Shown here: positions 11,521 through 24,850 of the stretch, piece after piece | Numbering within the stretch: position 1 is the stretch's first letter | How the letters are laid out: every line of letters begins with the position of its first letter | Assembly (NCBI GenBank): GCA_028534125.1 | Contig: CM052829.1 | Coordinates: forward strand, 38,936,001-39,000,000 | Reading direction: 5' to 3' | Source: Lama glama | Taxonomy: Eukaryota | DNA length: 64,000 bases | Made by a program: the position numbers and the translations under genes | Notes under the pieces: generated by a model | Database searches by the model: none | What the model saw: the letters and a program-made list of their open reading frames with translations, nothing else | Told to the model about the DNA's origin: nothing

Positions 11521-14399
11521 CACTCATGTTCAGTGTTTCGCTGGTCTTCAGTCTAAGGGTGCATCTGTCTCCCCAGTCCCTTTTGTTTTCATTCTCTGAG
11601 GATCTAACACACAATTCTGCACATAAGAGTTGCTCAACAAGTATTCATTGAAATAACCTAGACAGTGTTGGGAGACAGCTGAATTTCCTTGTCAGTTGCC
11701 TGAGAAAAGAACAGTTATATGTCACTGTCGTATGTCATATGTTTTCTACTGTGTCCCTGGCCCCAGTGCTCAAAAAATATTTGTTATAAATGATTAACTA
11801 AATGAATGAATGAATTGTCAAATTTCTCCAAGTTTAACTTAGAAAACTCTTAAGTCACAAAGAAATAATATAATTTATTTTTAAACTAAAAATAATTTTT
11901 ATTATTAGTAGTAATAGTATATATAATATATAATATAAAAATGTATTAAAATATATACACATACTAAATAGGCATATGTACTATATATATCTGGTAAGTA
12001 TATATATAGTAAACCTATATACATATAATTTATATATATGTATATACTTTTGAAATTTTTAATAAAGATAAAACACACAATCCCATAATCTAAAATATCT
12101 ATTTAGTGTATATATTTTTTTCAGATATTTTCCTGCACATCTATGTGTAGATTTTTTTAAAGTGTGTAGATTTTTAAAAAATAAAATCAGATCATACTGT
12201 ACCCAATATTTTATAAGCTCTATGATTTTGTTCATTTAAAACTAGAGTGTGAATTAGATGTCTACTCTATAATGAACACCAAAAGTGGGTTAAAAAGGTC
12301 ATCAGGGCCTTTTTTTTTTTTTCTGTACATCTTCCCTTTCAGTTCCACTTTCTTAGCTCTATGATGCCTACTTTGAAATATTACAATCTAAAATGCAGTT
12401 TCCAAGGTTGGAGGGGACTGTCTGACTTATACTAGAACATGTTAGCCTTCCAGAAAATATGCTTAGTAACTTTGTTTTATCTACTACTTTGATTTTCCTT
12501 TTAAATTGATTCCTTAATATTTTACATGGATTTATAACTGAAATTCCCTATTGATTTTAGAACAAACACTGAAATTAAGGGCTTAATAACAGAGCATAAA
12601 TGTGATACATACCTAGATAGATGTATTCAAGGAGATCAAAAGCATTTTTTTTCTATGCTGCAACTATACAGTTCAGCTGTATTGGGTAATTTCACCACTA
12701 GCTCTCTCTTCCTCTTAGTAAGTGTCAAGAGAGACCAAGGACGCTGTTGCTTCTTCCAAATTCCGTTTTTGTTTACAAGGGACTCTCAGTTTTAAAGGTC
12801 AGGGTAATGTCAAAATGGCTGAGCAAAGGGGCACAACAATTGATAGAAAAATGACCATGATGTAACCAAGAAGCCACCATTTCATTGTAAATAAGATAAA
12901 GTAGTAAAAAATGTGCTGAGTCAAAATAATAGTTTGGGCCATACTGATGAAATCCTCAAGTGGTAAGCCTTTCAGTGAGCACACACCTTGGCCTGGCCTT
13001 GCTCAGTCAGGTCTGGGAGAGCCTCAGATCTGGGCTGTGAACCAGGAAGTGTCAGGTTGTCAGTAAGCTATCTTTGCTTTCACAAATATTTACGAATCAC
13101 CACCTCTCCTCTTCATTGCTATAGAAATGAAAAAAACAAAGGAGAAAACAATTAAAAAAGGAACATGAATTTCAGTTCCAGGTTTATGAAATGTGATAGA
13201 TAAGGAATTATAATTATAATTAAGGGAACTTTTTTGTTTTATTTAAAAACAGTAGGATTTCTTTTGCTCTCCTGATCCTCTCAAACAGCATAGCAAGTAA
13301 ATATTTAACAAAAGCTCAAGGTAAAAGGAATGACTTCAGTAGAATCTATAAGTGAAATGTACATAAATATCCAGTTTACTTCACAAGTTTAGTTGAATTT
13401 TAAGTCTGCAGGCTAAGAGCATGGAAGGTGAGGGAAAAGTAATAATATATATCATATTAAGGCTTATTGAAGTAATTTAGTTATGATAGAGATGAATAAT
13501 AATATTTAATGAAATGGCAAAGATAAGTAACCCTGCAGAAATGGACAATTTCTATAAGGTCCCTACTTAGTGTACCTTTAAACTATACCTTTAAACAAAC
13601 AAACAAAAATTACAATGTATATACTGATCAGAGTGTTCTCCTAAGAGTTTGAATAGTTGTGTCATGTTTTGTTGGTCCAACAGTTAATATTATGCTCAAG
13701 TCAGAGATATTTCATTCTTCCAAAGGTTTTGTAAAATGAGTGTTTGTTTAGTAATGCCTCTATAGCTACTGGTAGAAAGGTTCATTTTTGTGACATTAAA
13801 TCTTATTTACTTAGAGTTTGTCTTCTAAATGTGTAATGTCTAAAGAGAATGACAATCTGAAAGGACAGTGCTGCTTCAGCTGGTCAGTTTCATTTCTCTC
13901 TCTCTTAAATCTGTCTTTGGCTTATGCAATACCAACAGAATAGAGTGATTTCTAAAGTATTTATTTACTTTGTAAAGGTACTAATTTTCCAACAGACTTT
14001 TCATATATCAGGTCCTTGGGAATCAAACCTTATCTGTCTCTCTTTTTTCCTTCTCCCTGCCCTCTCTTGTTTGGTAAAACTTGTAAATTGTTTCATTGAC
14101 CTTGAACATTGTGTTCACATCCTTTGAAGGAAGACGGGTATGAAATGTTTTTCAAATTACTGTATTACAAAAGAAAGAGTGCCTGAGACCATGTTTTGGG
14201 TAATAATACTTCTCAGGCTTCCTATTTGGCAATGCACAGATAACCAGAATATTACAGCTAGGTGGAAAGACTTTTAATGATACCTTCAAAACCCTGATTT
14301 ACTAGAATTAGAGGAGATTTAACATAGTTCTGCTCTGAACCCAGACAAAATATTATCAAATGATTTTTTCTTGATATAAATATAATATAGAAGGTCAAT

Positions 14400-16480
14400 G
14401 CAAAAATTTGTGGAAAATAACAACTACTTCTGTGCATTCTTATCTAGCTTAAAATATAAAACATTATCCTGGTCTATATATAGTTTAGTTTTGTATGTTT
14501 TTTCAAGTTGATATAAATGGGAGTCGTGATAATAATTCCACCAGCAGTGTTTACGTTCTGATTGTTCCACATACTTGTCAACATTTGATACTGATGGACT
14601 TTAAAATTTTGCTTTTCTGGTGTTTGGAAATGGTATTTTGTGATTTTAATTAGCATTTCCTTGATAACTAACAAGATTGAATATCTTTCTGTATTCTTTT
14701 ATGATACATTCTTGTTTCCTTTTCAGTGATGCCTATTTTTCTTTTGGGTTATTTGTATTCTTCTTAAAATATACAGAAATTTTTCATGTATTTTGGATTA
14801 TAATTCTTTGTCAGTTATGCTTTGCAAATAGCTTTTCTCGGTCAAGCTTAACATTTTCACATCCTTTGTCATATATATTTTGGAGGTCTTATCTACAATC
14901 TGCAAGTGAATAAACTTAAGTGTATAGAATTATATACATACAGACCCATATAGCCATCACCTAAATCAGTATATAAAGTGTAGTACTCCAAGACTACAGT
15001 TAACCTCCATTAAAAATAAATAAATAAATCTAATTACCTCCCCCAGCCAAAAAAACCAAAGAATTCAAAAAGAAAAGAAAAGAAGTGCTAGTGTCTTTTG
15101 CTCATTTTTGGAGGGAGATTGTCAGTCTATCTGATTTTGATTTGTATTTCTTTATGTATTATGGATTCAAGTCCATTGTCAGACATATGTAATAGCTACT
15201 TTTGGTATGACTTACCCTTTCCTCTCTACATGTTGTCTTTTGATAAACAGAAGTTCTTAAGTTTTAATGAAGTCCAATTAAAGAAAAATTTTTGATGGTA
15301 AATGTTTTTTAATGAAACCCTTTAGAAAATATTCCAAGTTGTAATCTCCCAGCCTCTCCCTAGAAGTAACCACTATCCTGATTTTTTAAATAATCAGATA
15401 TTTATTTTTCTTTCAGTTTCCATACTAAGATATGCCATCCTAAATGATGTAGTTTTGCCTGCTTTTGAACTTTATATGAATGGAATCTTTATGCATTGTT
15501 CTGTCATGTTTCTTTTAGTTGATGTTATGTTTTTGTGATTCATCCATGTTGTTTTATCTTTTTAAAAAAAAAATTAGATTTTTCTAATTTTTTTTTTCCC
15601 CAGAAGCTTAGACGTTTAATTGATTTGCCTGTTTATTTTGTGTAGCAACTTTACTGAACTTTCTAACTATAGTTTATCTGTAAATTCTTTTGGATTTTTT
15701 TTTCTATAGATGATTGTATCATCAGCAAATTATAAAAGTCTAGTTTTTCCATTACAATCCTTATACCTTGTATATGCAGTCAACATTTTCATTCATTTCT
15801 GCTTTATTGTGCTGGCTAGGACTTCCAGAACAATGTTAAATAGGTCTAAGAGTAGTAAATATGCGTATTTGTTTCTAGTTTTAAAAGAATCTCCATTGCT
15901 TATGATGTTTATTATATTTTTTGTAGATATATTTTAGTAGAATAAGGTTTCCCTTTTTCCATTTTGATATGACCATTTAAACAAATCATGAATGGAATGA
16001 ACTTACTCAAGTGCTTTTTCTGCATTTATTGAGATAGTCATATAGTTTTTCCCTTTAATCTGTTAATGTGGTAAATAAAATTATGTTTTCAAACATTAAA
16101 CTATTTTTTTCCTGTGGTAAACCTAACTTGAACTTTATATAGTACCTTTTATATTCATTGTCAAAAGTAGATTTATAGTGAAGCTAAGAAAATTGAATCT
16201 TCAGGACCCCACCCTTGTCCAAGTATATATGTGTATTTCTGCTCCCAAATGATTCCATTTTAATTTTATTCTAGGATTGTAAGATTGTTTAAATGTCATT
16301 TAGGGCAAGATTTATCTTTTTTCTTCCCCAAAAATTTTCTTGGAGGTTTGATTACATTTTCACTTTTAGATATAGTTTTAAGTCAACTGATTCAACTTTT
16401 TTTTTTTAAGATCCTCTGGGCTTTTGATTGAGTTTATATTAAATTTATGGTTGAATCTGGGAAGAACTGACATCTATACA
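14400..16480 (-). mobile_element. Old L1M (L1MB/MC/ME-type) fragments, antisense
   Basis: ttttaattagcatttccttgataactaac; ttattgtgctggctaggacttccagaacaatgttaaatagg; ttttctgcatttattgagat; gggaagaactgacatc. Confidence 0.8.
15003..15083 (+). mobile_element. 5'-truncated Vic-1-like SINE (3' half only)
   Basis: acctccattaaaaataaataaataaatctaattacctccccc plus A-rich tail; matches the 3' halves of the copies at 38623 and 48795. Confidence 0.75.
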
Positions 16481-16484
16481 ATCT

Positions 16485-17634
16485 GGCCATGGTGGGCTAA
16501 AAGGGACCGGACTTACCCCTTGCCTTAGACAACTAAAAGCAGGACAAAATATATAAAACAATGATTTTCAGACATTAGACAACAGACAGTGCAGAACTGT
16601 GACCCTTAAGAGAGGGAAATAAATGAGGAAGGGCCTGCAAATGCCCCAGTTTGCTACCTGTAGAGAATTTCAGGTGACAAGGCAGTGGGGGGAGAACCCA
16701 GACAGAGCCTGATGGGTGGACTAGCTAAATATCTCAGAATTCAGGGATTCCAAGGCCGCTAGAATTCACAAGGCAGAGTACCAGAGGAAAGAACTGAAGA
16801 GAGCTCTGGAGTTCCACAGAGGGTTCTCCTCAAATCTGCTGCTGAGTAATGATCGGCATGCACGTGTGAGGAAAGCTGCCTAAGGACAGGGAAGGAACTT
16901 CATGAAAATATCAAGCAAACAATGCCTAAACCTCATACAGGGCTGAGGACAGTTTGTGTTCTCACCGTCCTGTGAGGAAAGGCCTAACACACAGGTTATC
17001 AAGGGGAATACTCACAAGGAGTACTCGGTGGTAGGACAAATTAGTCCTATACCACCAAGCTGTTCTGGTCCTACCTGAAAAGCAAGCATCAAAAGACTCT
17101 TTCCAAGTAACTTAACCATGTCCCAGAGCAATACTGAGAATATTTATAAGAATACAAAAGCATCCAGGACTCAGCAAAGCAAAATTCACAAATCAGGCAC
17201 CGATTTAAAAATTAACAGGCGTAACAAAAAAGCAAGAAAATGCAACTCATAATTGGAAAAAACCAATCAATTGAAATTAATCCAGAAATGACATAGATGA
17301 AAAATTAGTAGAAAGCACATTGAAATGCTATTGAAAATATACTCCATATATTCAATAAGGTAGGAAAGCATGAACTTTATAAAAAGAGAAAAGATATTCT
17401 AAAAATCACAAATCAAGCTTTAGAGATGAAAATAGTGGCTAGGGTTAACAGCATGTTAGAAATTGCAGAGCAAAAGACTAGGGAACTTGAAGATACTGCC
17501 ATAAAAACTATCCAAAGTGAAACAAAGTGAAGATAAAGCATTAATGGGGGCAGAGGTGGAACAATTTATAGAGGCGAAATATATGTCTAATTAGAGTCCC
17601 AGAAGGAGAAGTGGACCAAGTGGGGTCCAAAAAA
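16485..17634 (+). mobile_element. Old L1M 5' region/ORF1, left part (interrupted at 17634)
   Basis: gcaaaattcacaaatc; ttgaaattaatccagaaatgacatagatg; gaacttgaagata...aaaactatccaaagtgaaac; ctaattagagtcccagaaggagaa are L1M ORF1 hallmarks. Confidence 0.8.
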
Positions 17635-18886
17635 GGTGCCCGGAGAAACAATGTCTGGACGCCCCTGCCCAGCGATGAGAGGCTGGGGGGTTACGTGCGT
17701 GCGTCGCGCCGGGAGCGCGGGGAGCGCGGGGCGGGGCGCGGCAGGTGCGCGGAGGAGCGATGGCGGCGGCCTGAACTCACCTAGCAGCGCGGTGGTTTCC
17801 GGCCTGGTCAGGCTCGGGGTTCTGTGAGTGAACAGTAAGTACGGGCCAGAGAGCCCAAAGAGGCGCGAGAGAGGGAATGAGGGGCTGGGGGATGCCGGCA
17901 CCACCGGGCTTGGTGACCTGGTTGTGAGGGGCAGGGGCTGGCATGAGGTGAGGGGCGGCTGTGAGGGTCTAAGGTAAGCGGAGCAGGGGAGCCGGGAGTG
18001 AGCTGGCTGAGTAAAGAGCTGAGTTGTATGAGAGGCGGGGATGCTTTATGAGTATGAGAGGCCAAATGGAAGGGACTGTGAACACGCTTTTCTGAGGGGC
18101 TGGGGCTCCTGTGGACAGGAGTGAGGGACAGCCCTGGCACCAGGGTGAGGGGCTGGGGCCTGTGCGTGGTCGGGGTGGGGGTGGGGGGACAAGGGGGAGG
18201 ACAGGGCGAAGGCGAGAGCATGCCGCTGGTGGTGAACTGGGAGGGAGTTGAGGGTAGGGCATGGAGGAAGGAATGCGGCTTGTGAGACTTGGGTCAGGGT
18301 GAGAGGTTGGTTCTGAAGCCTCCTTCAACAGAGTGTCCTGCCTAGTGAGAGCAATAGTTTTGGATTGAGTAGCACAACTTGGGTACAAGTGTTGTGCACT
18401 TGGCTGTCTCCTGCATGGGCTCTGCCTATTTTGGAGGACCGAAAAAAGAAGGCAGCATGGGCAACAATAACAATGATAATGAAAATCATTTGTGAGGCTT
18501 AGTCTTCAGCTGGAGTCATCATTGGCATCCCTTGTTCCCTCAAGTTCCTCCTTGGGACTGCACACTGGAAGGTGGTCCCTCTCATAGAGATTTTTTGGCT
18601 GTTACTGCCTGTATTTGTTTTCTCTCCACCTGCTTCTGGGCACCCTTGCTTCGCTGCTGCTCCCTACCTGGCTGAGCTATGGGGCATTGATGGTTGGTCC
18701 TCTGTGTTGGGCTGACCACTTTCAGTTGCTAATTCTACTTATATGTAAATCACATGGTTTGTTACATACACTGCTGCATTTACACTCCCAAACAGGATGG
18801 TTTTGCTCTCATTTTCTTACAATTAAAGTAAAAAAAAAAGACTAATTTGTTTATAATAAACTACTCATATTTAAAACATAAAAAAA
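17635..18886 (+). other. Foreign GC-rich insertion in L1 ORF1: probable retroposed/duplicated 5' end of an unidentified CpG-island gene (first exon plus intron-like sequence, AATAAA, A-tail)
   Basis: Abrupt GC jump; L1 ORF1 is continuous across it; donors at 17835 (ACA|GTAAGT) and 17974 (AAG|GTAAGC); AATAAA 18855-18860 followed by A-rich 18873-18886. Confidence 0.6.
17690..17840 (+). promoter_or_regulatory. CpG-island-like promoter/first-exon core
   Basis: Dense CpG; GC box GGGGCGGGGC 17728-17737; YY1-like GATGGCGGC 17759-17767; ETS-like TTTCCGG 17796-17802; 5' splice site GTAAGT 17835-17840. Confidence 0.55.
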
Positions 18887-19535
18887 TTATGTCTGAAAAA
18901 TTCCGAATTTGATAAACGTTATAAATCTAGAGATCCAAGTTCAATTAACACAAAGAACAAGAAACACGAAGAAAACTTCACCAATGCCTATCACAATCAA
19001 ATTGTTTAAAACTGATGATTAAAAAAATCTTAAAAGTGGTAAAAAAAAAAAACCAACATATAAACAATGTAAGCAGAATATAGTTGGGCAATGTCTCTAA
19101 AGTACTGAAAAAATAATTCATCAACATAGAATTCCATGCCTGCGAAATTATCTTTCAAAAATAAAGGCAAAATAAGGACGTCTTCAAACAAGCTAAAAAA
19201 GTTTACTACCAGCAGACTTACAGTATAAGAAATGTTCATTGAAGCCCTTCAGACAGAAAGAAAATGATCCCAGGTGTAAGTCTGGATCTACACAAAGGAA
19301 TGAAGAACACCAGAAAGAGTTAATAGGTACATAAACATAAATATTGTTTAAACAAATCTCTTGAAGTGATAATTGAATGCTTAAAGCTAAAATAATAACA
19401 ATATATTGTGAGTTTTATAACAACAACACATGTAGCTTATACAATATATAAAACAACAGCACAAAGCCTGGGAGAGGGTGATTAGACATACACAGCTGGG
19501 AGATTCTTATACTATTTGTGAAGTGGTAGACAATA
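18887..19535 (+). mobile_element. Old L1M ORF1, right part (continuation of 16485-17634)
   Basis: ttatgtctgaaaaattccgaatttgataaacgttataaatctagagatccaag...aagaaaacttcaccaatgcctatcacaatcaaattg...gaaattatctttcaaaaataaaggcaaaataaggac. Confidence 0.8.
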
Positions 19536-19539
19536 TGAA

Positions 19540-21665
19540 GACTTTTTCTCCAGGATCACTGCTTATTTTTATATATTTTCATGTTTTCTTTTATGTCCTT
19601 CATACGTAGGATGATTTTTTTACATATGCCTTGCAAATTTTATATTAGATTTAATTTTTAATTCAACTTTAATTTTTATCAAATACATGTACATAATTTG
19701 TCATATGCTATTACAAAAATAGTATTCTTCCAGCTTTCTCCAGCTCCATTTTTTATTCCACTACCACAAATGTTTTCCAATCCTTATTTCTGATATTTAT
19801 CTTTATATTTCTAGTATCATTCTTGTACTTCTATTTTTAAGTTTTAAATTTATTTTATTTCCTACTTATTTCATGCTTTAGAAGAGAATTTAGCTCTCTT
19901 ACATTACCCCCACACATACTTCTCCATCCCCACATACTCCTATTTGTTACACCATATTTTTTTTTGCTAAGTAAAATGTTCAGTGTCAATATTAATATGA
20001 CTGTAAAAACTTTATTCCCAGATAAGCTATACAATATACTATAATTACATTTCCTTTCTTGTACAACTTTATTTTTTTCTTTTTTGCTGAGTTTTTTGTG
20101 TACCTATCACTAATTGAGCCTAAGACCTCCCAAGAAAACTACAAAATTTATTTCAATATGGTCAAGTAAAGTAATATGTATATTTTATTTTTTCTTTTAA
20201 AAATCTTAGGGACTGCTTCTTGTTCTTGCTGTTATGGTGGTAGTCATTTAACAACTTTACAGAAGGGGACTGCCCTCTTGGCCTGATTTGTAAGTGACCG
20301 TAGTAAGCAGAGATTGTCTGCTAACTAAGCTAATCTACAATGGACATGTAGTGTGAGACAGAAGTTAATCTTTGATGTTCTAATTCACTGAGGGCTTTTT
20401 GGAGTTGTTTATTGCTGCAGCATAACTTAGCCTGTCCTGACTGTTACAGTATTCCTTTAGCTAAATATAAGTGCTGAACTTCAGTCATCCCATGTTTTGC
20501 CTCTGCCATCAATCTAGGATGTCCTTTGACCTCTTCCTTTTCTTGCATCCCTGTTTTTGGAATAGCAAGTCTTCCTCTTTCTTATTTTACTCTATTGTTT
20601 TGGTGGCACACATTCTTCAGTAGCTTCCTTAGAAAGACTTGTGGAAAGTAAAGTTTTTGAGACTCTGAATGTCTGAAATGTGTCACACTAGATATGATTT
20701 GTAACTTGGCTGAATTCAGGTATTTATGTTAGCAATATTTACCCTTCAAAATTAAGATGTTAATTCTTTAATTACTTGGTAAAAGTGTTATTATATGAAA
20801 TCCAGTGCCATTTTAATGTAACCTATTTTCCTTTCTGTGAGTTTGAAGAATCTTCTCTTTGTCCTGAGTGCTCTGAAATTTCACAGCAGTGTGCCTTGGT
20901 GTGCCTTTGTGCTTTGTAGTTGAATCTGGAAACCATGTACATCAGTTCTAGAAATTTTCTCATATTGTTTCTTCAGTAATGTCCTCCCCACCATTTTCTT
21001 GGAGCTTTCTCTTTAGAATTCCTGTTATTCAGATGCTGGATCTCCTAGATTGATCCTCTAATTATTTTATCTTTTCTCTACCATTTTTAAGTCCTTTATC
21101 TTTTTGTTTTAGTTTCTTGGATATTTTCTCAGCCTTATCTTCCAACTATCTTCTTGGTTTTTCTTTGTTTTGTTTTCCATATATACTTTAAAATTTCCAG
21201 AGCTCTTTTGTGTTCTCTGTTGTCTTCATTTTTTCCTTTTCCCCCTTCTTTCCTTCCTTCTGTCCCTCCTTTACTTTCTTCCCTCTCTCTAGTTTTTTAA
21301 AAAATCTTTTATTGTTCAGAAGAACATTAAAAGATTTTTTTCCCTCTGTGCTTGTTTATCTCGATCTTGTTAGAGATTTTAACCAAATGTCTAAGGATCC
21401 TTGGCTAGTCATTCATATTGTGAGTGAGTCGCTAAAACGCTAATTGGAATCTCCGGGAACATGGGTTTTACCATTAAGATTTTTTGTTGTAGAATTCTGG
21501 TAGGTCCTATACAGCACATTTATTTAAGAACATTTATTCTCATTATTAGCTGGCTAAGATGAAATTTAAAAAAAAAAAGAATGGATTGTATTTCAAAAAT
21601 GCTTTCTTGGCATCTGCTGAAATCATCATATACTCTTTAACCTTTAATCTGTTAATGTAGTTTCC
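19540..21665 (-). mobile_element. Old L1M(E) fragments, antisense, with a nested MLT1 LTR fragment (~20290-20448, +)
   Basis: ttctctttgtcctgagtgctctgaaatttcacagcagtgtgccttggtgtg; aattcctgttattcagatgctggatctcctagattg; MLT end ttgtttattgctgcagcataacttagcctgtcctgactgttaca. Confidence 0.65.
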
Positions 21666-22741
21666 TAATGGTAGGGTTTCTAACAGTGGTATTTCAGAAG
21701 GGTTTTGTTGCCCTTCTCCAAGGAGAAGCTAAAAATTTCTGCTTTTTTAAGGAAGGGGAAGCTGGGGTGGGAAGGCTGACAGTGCTGTTCATGCTGCCCC
21801 TGTTTAGGGCTGGTGTACCCTCTGTGCTCTGTGCAATGCAGAAGTTAACATGTTCCTTTTCAAAACAAGGATTTGACCTAGAAAGACAATGACATATTTT
21901 AAGGAGTCAACTAAGTTTGTTGTTATTCTTAGACATTTTGTGTTTAATACAGTTTTTGCTTTATGAACAGCCCATATGGCATTAAATCCCCTTACTAGCA
22001 TGACATCTAAGGCATTGCATTTGACACATTTTAAGCATAAGAAAGCGTATTTACAAGATGTTTTTTCAATGAGCTCCTCATCTGTGGTTTAGCTACTTTC
22101 CTTACCACAGCATAGCTTTCCTCTTACTCTTTATCATCACATGGCAATCAAAAGACCAAGACTTTTTTTCCTTCTGCTGTATCTTAGTCTTTCACCTACT
22201 TCCCCAAAGAAGAAGGAAGAGTAAGAGTCCTGTTCTAATCATTAGCATCAGCTGTGAAGGAGTGTCTGAGTTGCCCAATATGCCAAGGGATATTTAGCTC
22301 AGATTTTTCCTTAAGCATTAAGGTAACAAATTTTATGCAGAAGTCCCAGAAATTATTGGTAGATTGAAAAAATGAAAGGCAGCCTAAAGGTATCATGGAG
22401 GAGGCTGAGACCTGGGAACTAAGCCAGGAGGTGTTCTGCTCCCTTTTCACTCACTAACAAGTCACTAGCCTCCCTAAACCCTCGTTTCTTCATTGTAAAA
22501 TAAGGAGGCTTGCCTTCACTAGATCGTCTCTATGGTCTTTTTGGGCTCTAACATTCTTGTGTACTTGAAACAATAACAACTCTAGAAAATATTCAATAAA
22601 TGGACATATGCACTTCATCGTTTAGTTAAATGTAAACTCCATTCATATTTCAGAATTGAGTATTTTTCCTTTTTGTTAAGGAACACTTTTGTTTTAAATA
22701 TATGAAACAGAAGGCTTCCCGAGAACCCAAAAATATGCCCA

Positions 22742-23223
22742 TAGCAGGCAGAATAATACCCCTCCACCCAACATGTACCAGTCCTAATCCCTGAAATCTG
22801 TTAATGTGTTACCTTACATGACAAAAGGACTTTACAGATGCCATTAAGTCAAGGGTTTTGAGATGGAGAGGTTATCCTGGATTATGCAGGCAGGCGAATC
22901 TAATCACAAGTGTCCTCATATGTTAAAGAAGGAGACAGAAGTCAGAATAATGTAATGTGAGGACTGAACCTGAGTTGCTGGCTTTGAAAATGGAGGAAGG
23001 GTGCCATCAGCCAAGGAACGCAGGCAGCCCCCCCGGGCTAGAAAGCCAGCTAACGGGATTCTCCTCTAGAGCCCCCAAAGGGATGCAGCCCTGCTGAAAC
23101 CTTGGTCTTTAGCCCTGTAAGACACATTTTACATTTCTGACCTCTAGAACTGTAAGATAATAATTTGTTTTGCTTTAAACCAATAAATTTGTGGTAATTT
23201 GTTAAAACAGCAATAGGAGACTA
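22742..23223 (+). mobile_element. MaLR MLT1 (MLT1D-like) solo LTR
   Basis: tagcaggcagaataat...cctaatccctgaaatctg...gagatgggagaggttatcctggattat...ttctgacctctagaactgtaagataataatttg...gtggtaatttgttaaaacagcaatagga. Confidence 0.85.
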
Positions 23224-23729
23224 TTATTTCTATGCATGTTGTTCACATAGTAGCAAACGCTGTTCTACCCAAGTAAACAAGAATTGTGCCATATTGAGTT
23301 ATTTGTTTATATTATAGCTAAAGGAATAATTAGAAAATTAATTAATTATGCTCCTGTGTACCATTCTATTCCTAAGTTTAATTACTTCCTGGGACTATGT
23401 TTTATTCTTAGAATTTATAGAATGTTAGATCTGGAGAGAACAATAAATATGACTTAATGAAGTCTAGGTCTCTCTTTTTACAAGAGAAGAAATTGTAACC
23501 TATTGAGATTAAAGCCGTGAGTTTCTCCATAATCATCAGGCTAGTTGCCTATAACACAAACATGGAAATTGAGGACTTCTGGCTCCCAGTCTATCACTAG
23601 TTCCATTACGCCATACTTTTTCCAGTTGAAAGTATTAAGATGTGAAAATTTTTACTAAATCTTTTATTATGAAATATGGAGGAGTATGAAATTCAAATGG
23701 GCCTTGTGTAATTCAGCTCATTCTCACAT

Positions 23730-24000
23730 GAGAAGCAGTGTAACAGAGTGAATCTGATCTAGGACCCCAGAGCGAGATTCCCTTTGTGCAGATCCCATCT
23801 CCAGTACCTCTTAGCAGTGTGACCCTCGACAAGTTACTTAACCTTTCTATGCTTTCATTTCCTTATCTGTAAAACGGAGATGGCAATACTACTGACCTCA
23901 TAGGGTTGTGGGGAGATTTAAATACATTAATAACTATTAAGCTCCTAGAAAAGAGCCTGGAACAAATTCAGTACTAAATAATTGTGAGCAATTACTATTA
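23730..24000 (+). mobile_element. MIR SINE (an antisense MIR also lies at ~23420-23610)
   Basis: ttagcagtgtgaccctcgacaagttacttaacctttctatgctttcatttccttatctgtaaaacggagatggcaatactactgacctcatagggttg. Confidence 0.85.
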
Positions 24001-24672
24001 TGAGCAGTAGGCTATATGATAAAGACAGACTATTACAGTTAAACAAAATAATATTTTTATTAATATTTTTAAAATTATTTAGTAGAATTATTAATATTTG
24101 TTCCTGCTGTGGTTATTAGCCACCTCCTGTGGTGAAGGCAGGAACCGTTAATCCTAAAACAGGGGCCAAATGTTCTGGTAAATTGTCTGTAGACTGAAAG
24201 TCTTGTCCTCATCCATGCCATCAGACATTTTGTGGACAATTAGCACATGACTGTCATGAGTACCCTTGCTAATTAAAGTCACATTAATACCGAAGAACTG
24301 TACAATGACTAGTTCTATAAAGTCACTTCTGCAAGCTGCTTTGTTTCAAGAGCAAAGTGGCTGATGTTCTGTTTCGTTTCTTTCATAATGCTGAGCATGG
24401 GTATCTGGTAGACTTGCTTAGGTTGGCAAACTTGTGAGCAGAAGTGCTAGATTTGTATGCAGCTTCAAGAATGAGGCAGTTCAAAGCTAAAGTGAGTTAG
24501 GAAAGAAACAGGAAGTGAAAAAGTAGAACGGAAAGACATAGGTAGATAGAGGAAGAAAAAAGAGGAAGGAGGAAAGGAGCCATGAAAGAGCATGAAAGAT
24601 AAATGAAAACACTTAAATGAAGAAGAGACTGGTAAGAGGCAGTTTAGGCAAAGAGGAGACACTGTTTTATTT

Positions 24673-24850
24673 GAAGTGCTTCTCAAATGTTAACGTGCGT
24701 CAGAATCACCCAGAGGACTTGTTAAAACAGTTTCCTGGGTCCCATCAGCAGAGATTCTGATCTAGTGGGTCAGTGTGGAGCCCGTAGTGCAGGTTCTGAC
24801 AAGCTCAAAGGTGATACCGATGCTGCTGGTCTGAGGACACCTTGAGAACC
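24673..24850. mobile_element. MER5-type hAT-Charlie MITE
   Basis: agtgcttctcaaa...cagaatcacccagaggacttgttaaaacag...gattctgat...gatgctgctggtctgaggacaccttgagaacc. Confidence 0.8.

Noticed and set aside
17587-18388. Pro/Ser-rich minus-strand ORFs (105-139 aa)
   Set aside because: Expected by-product of the G-rich, stop-poor cassette; low complexity and no recognisable family
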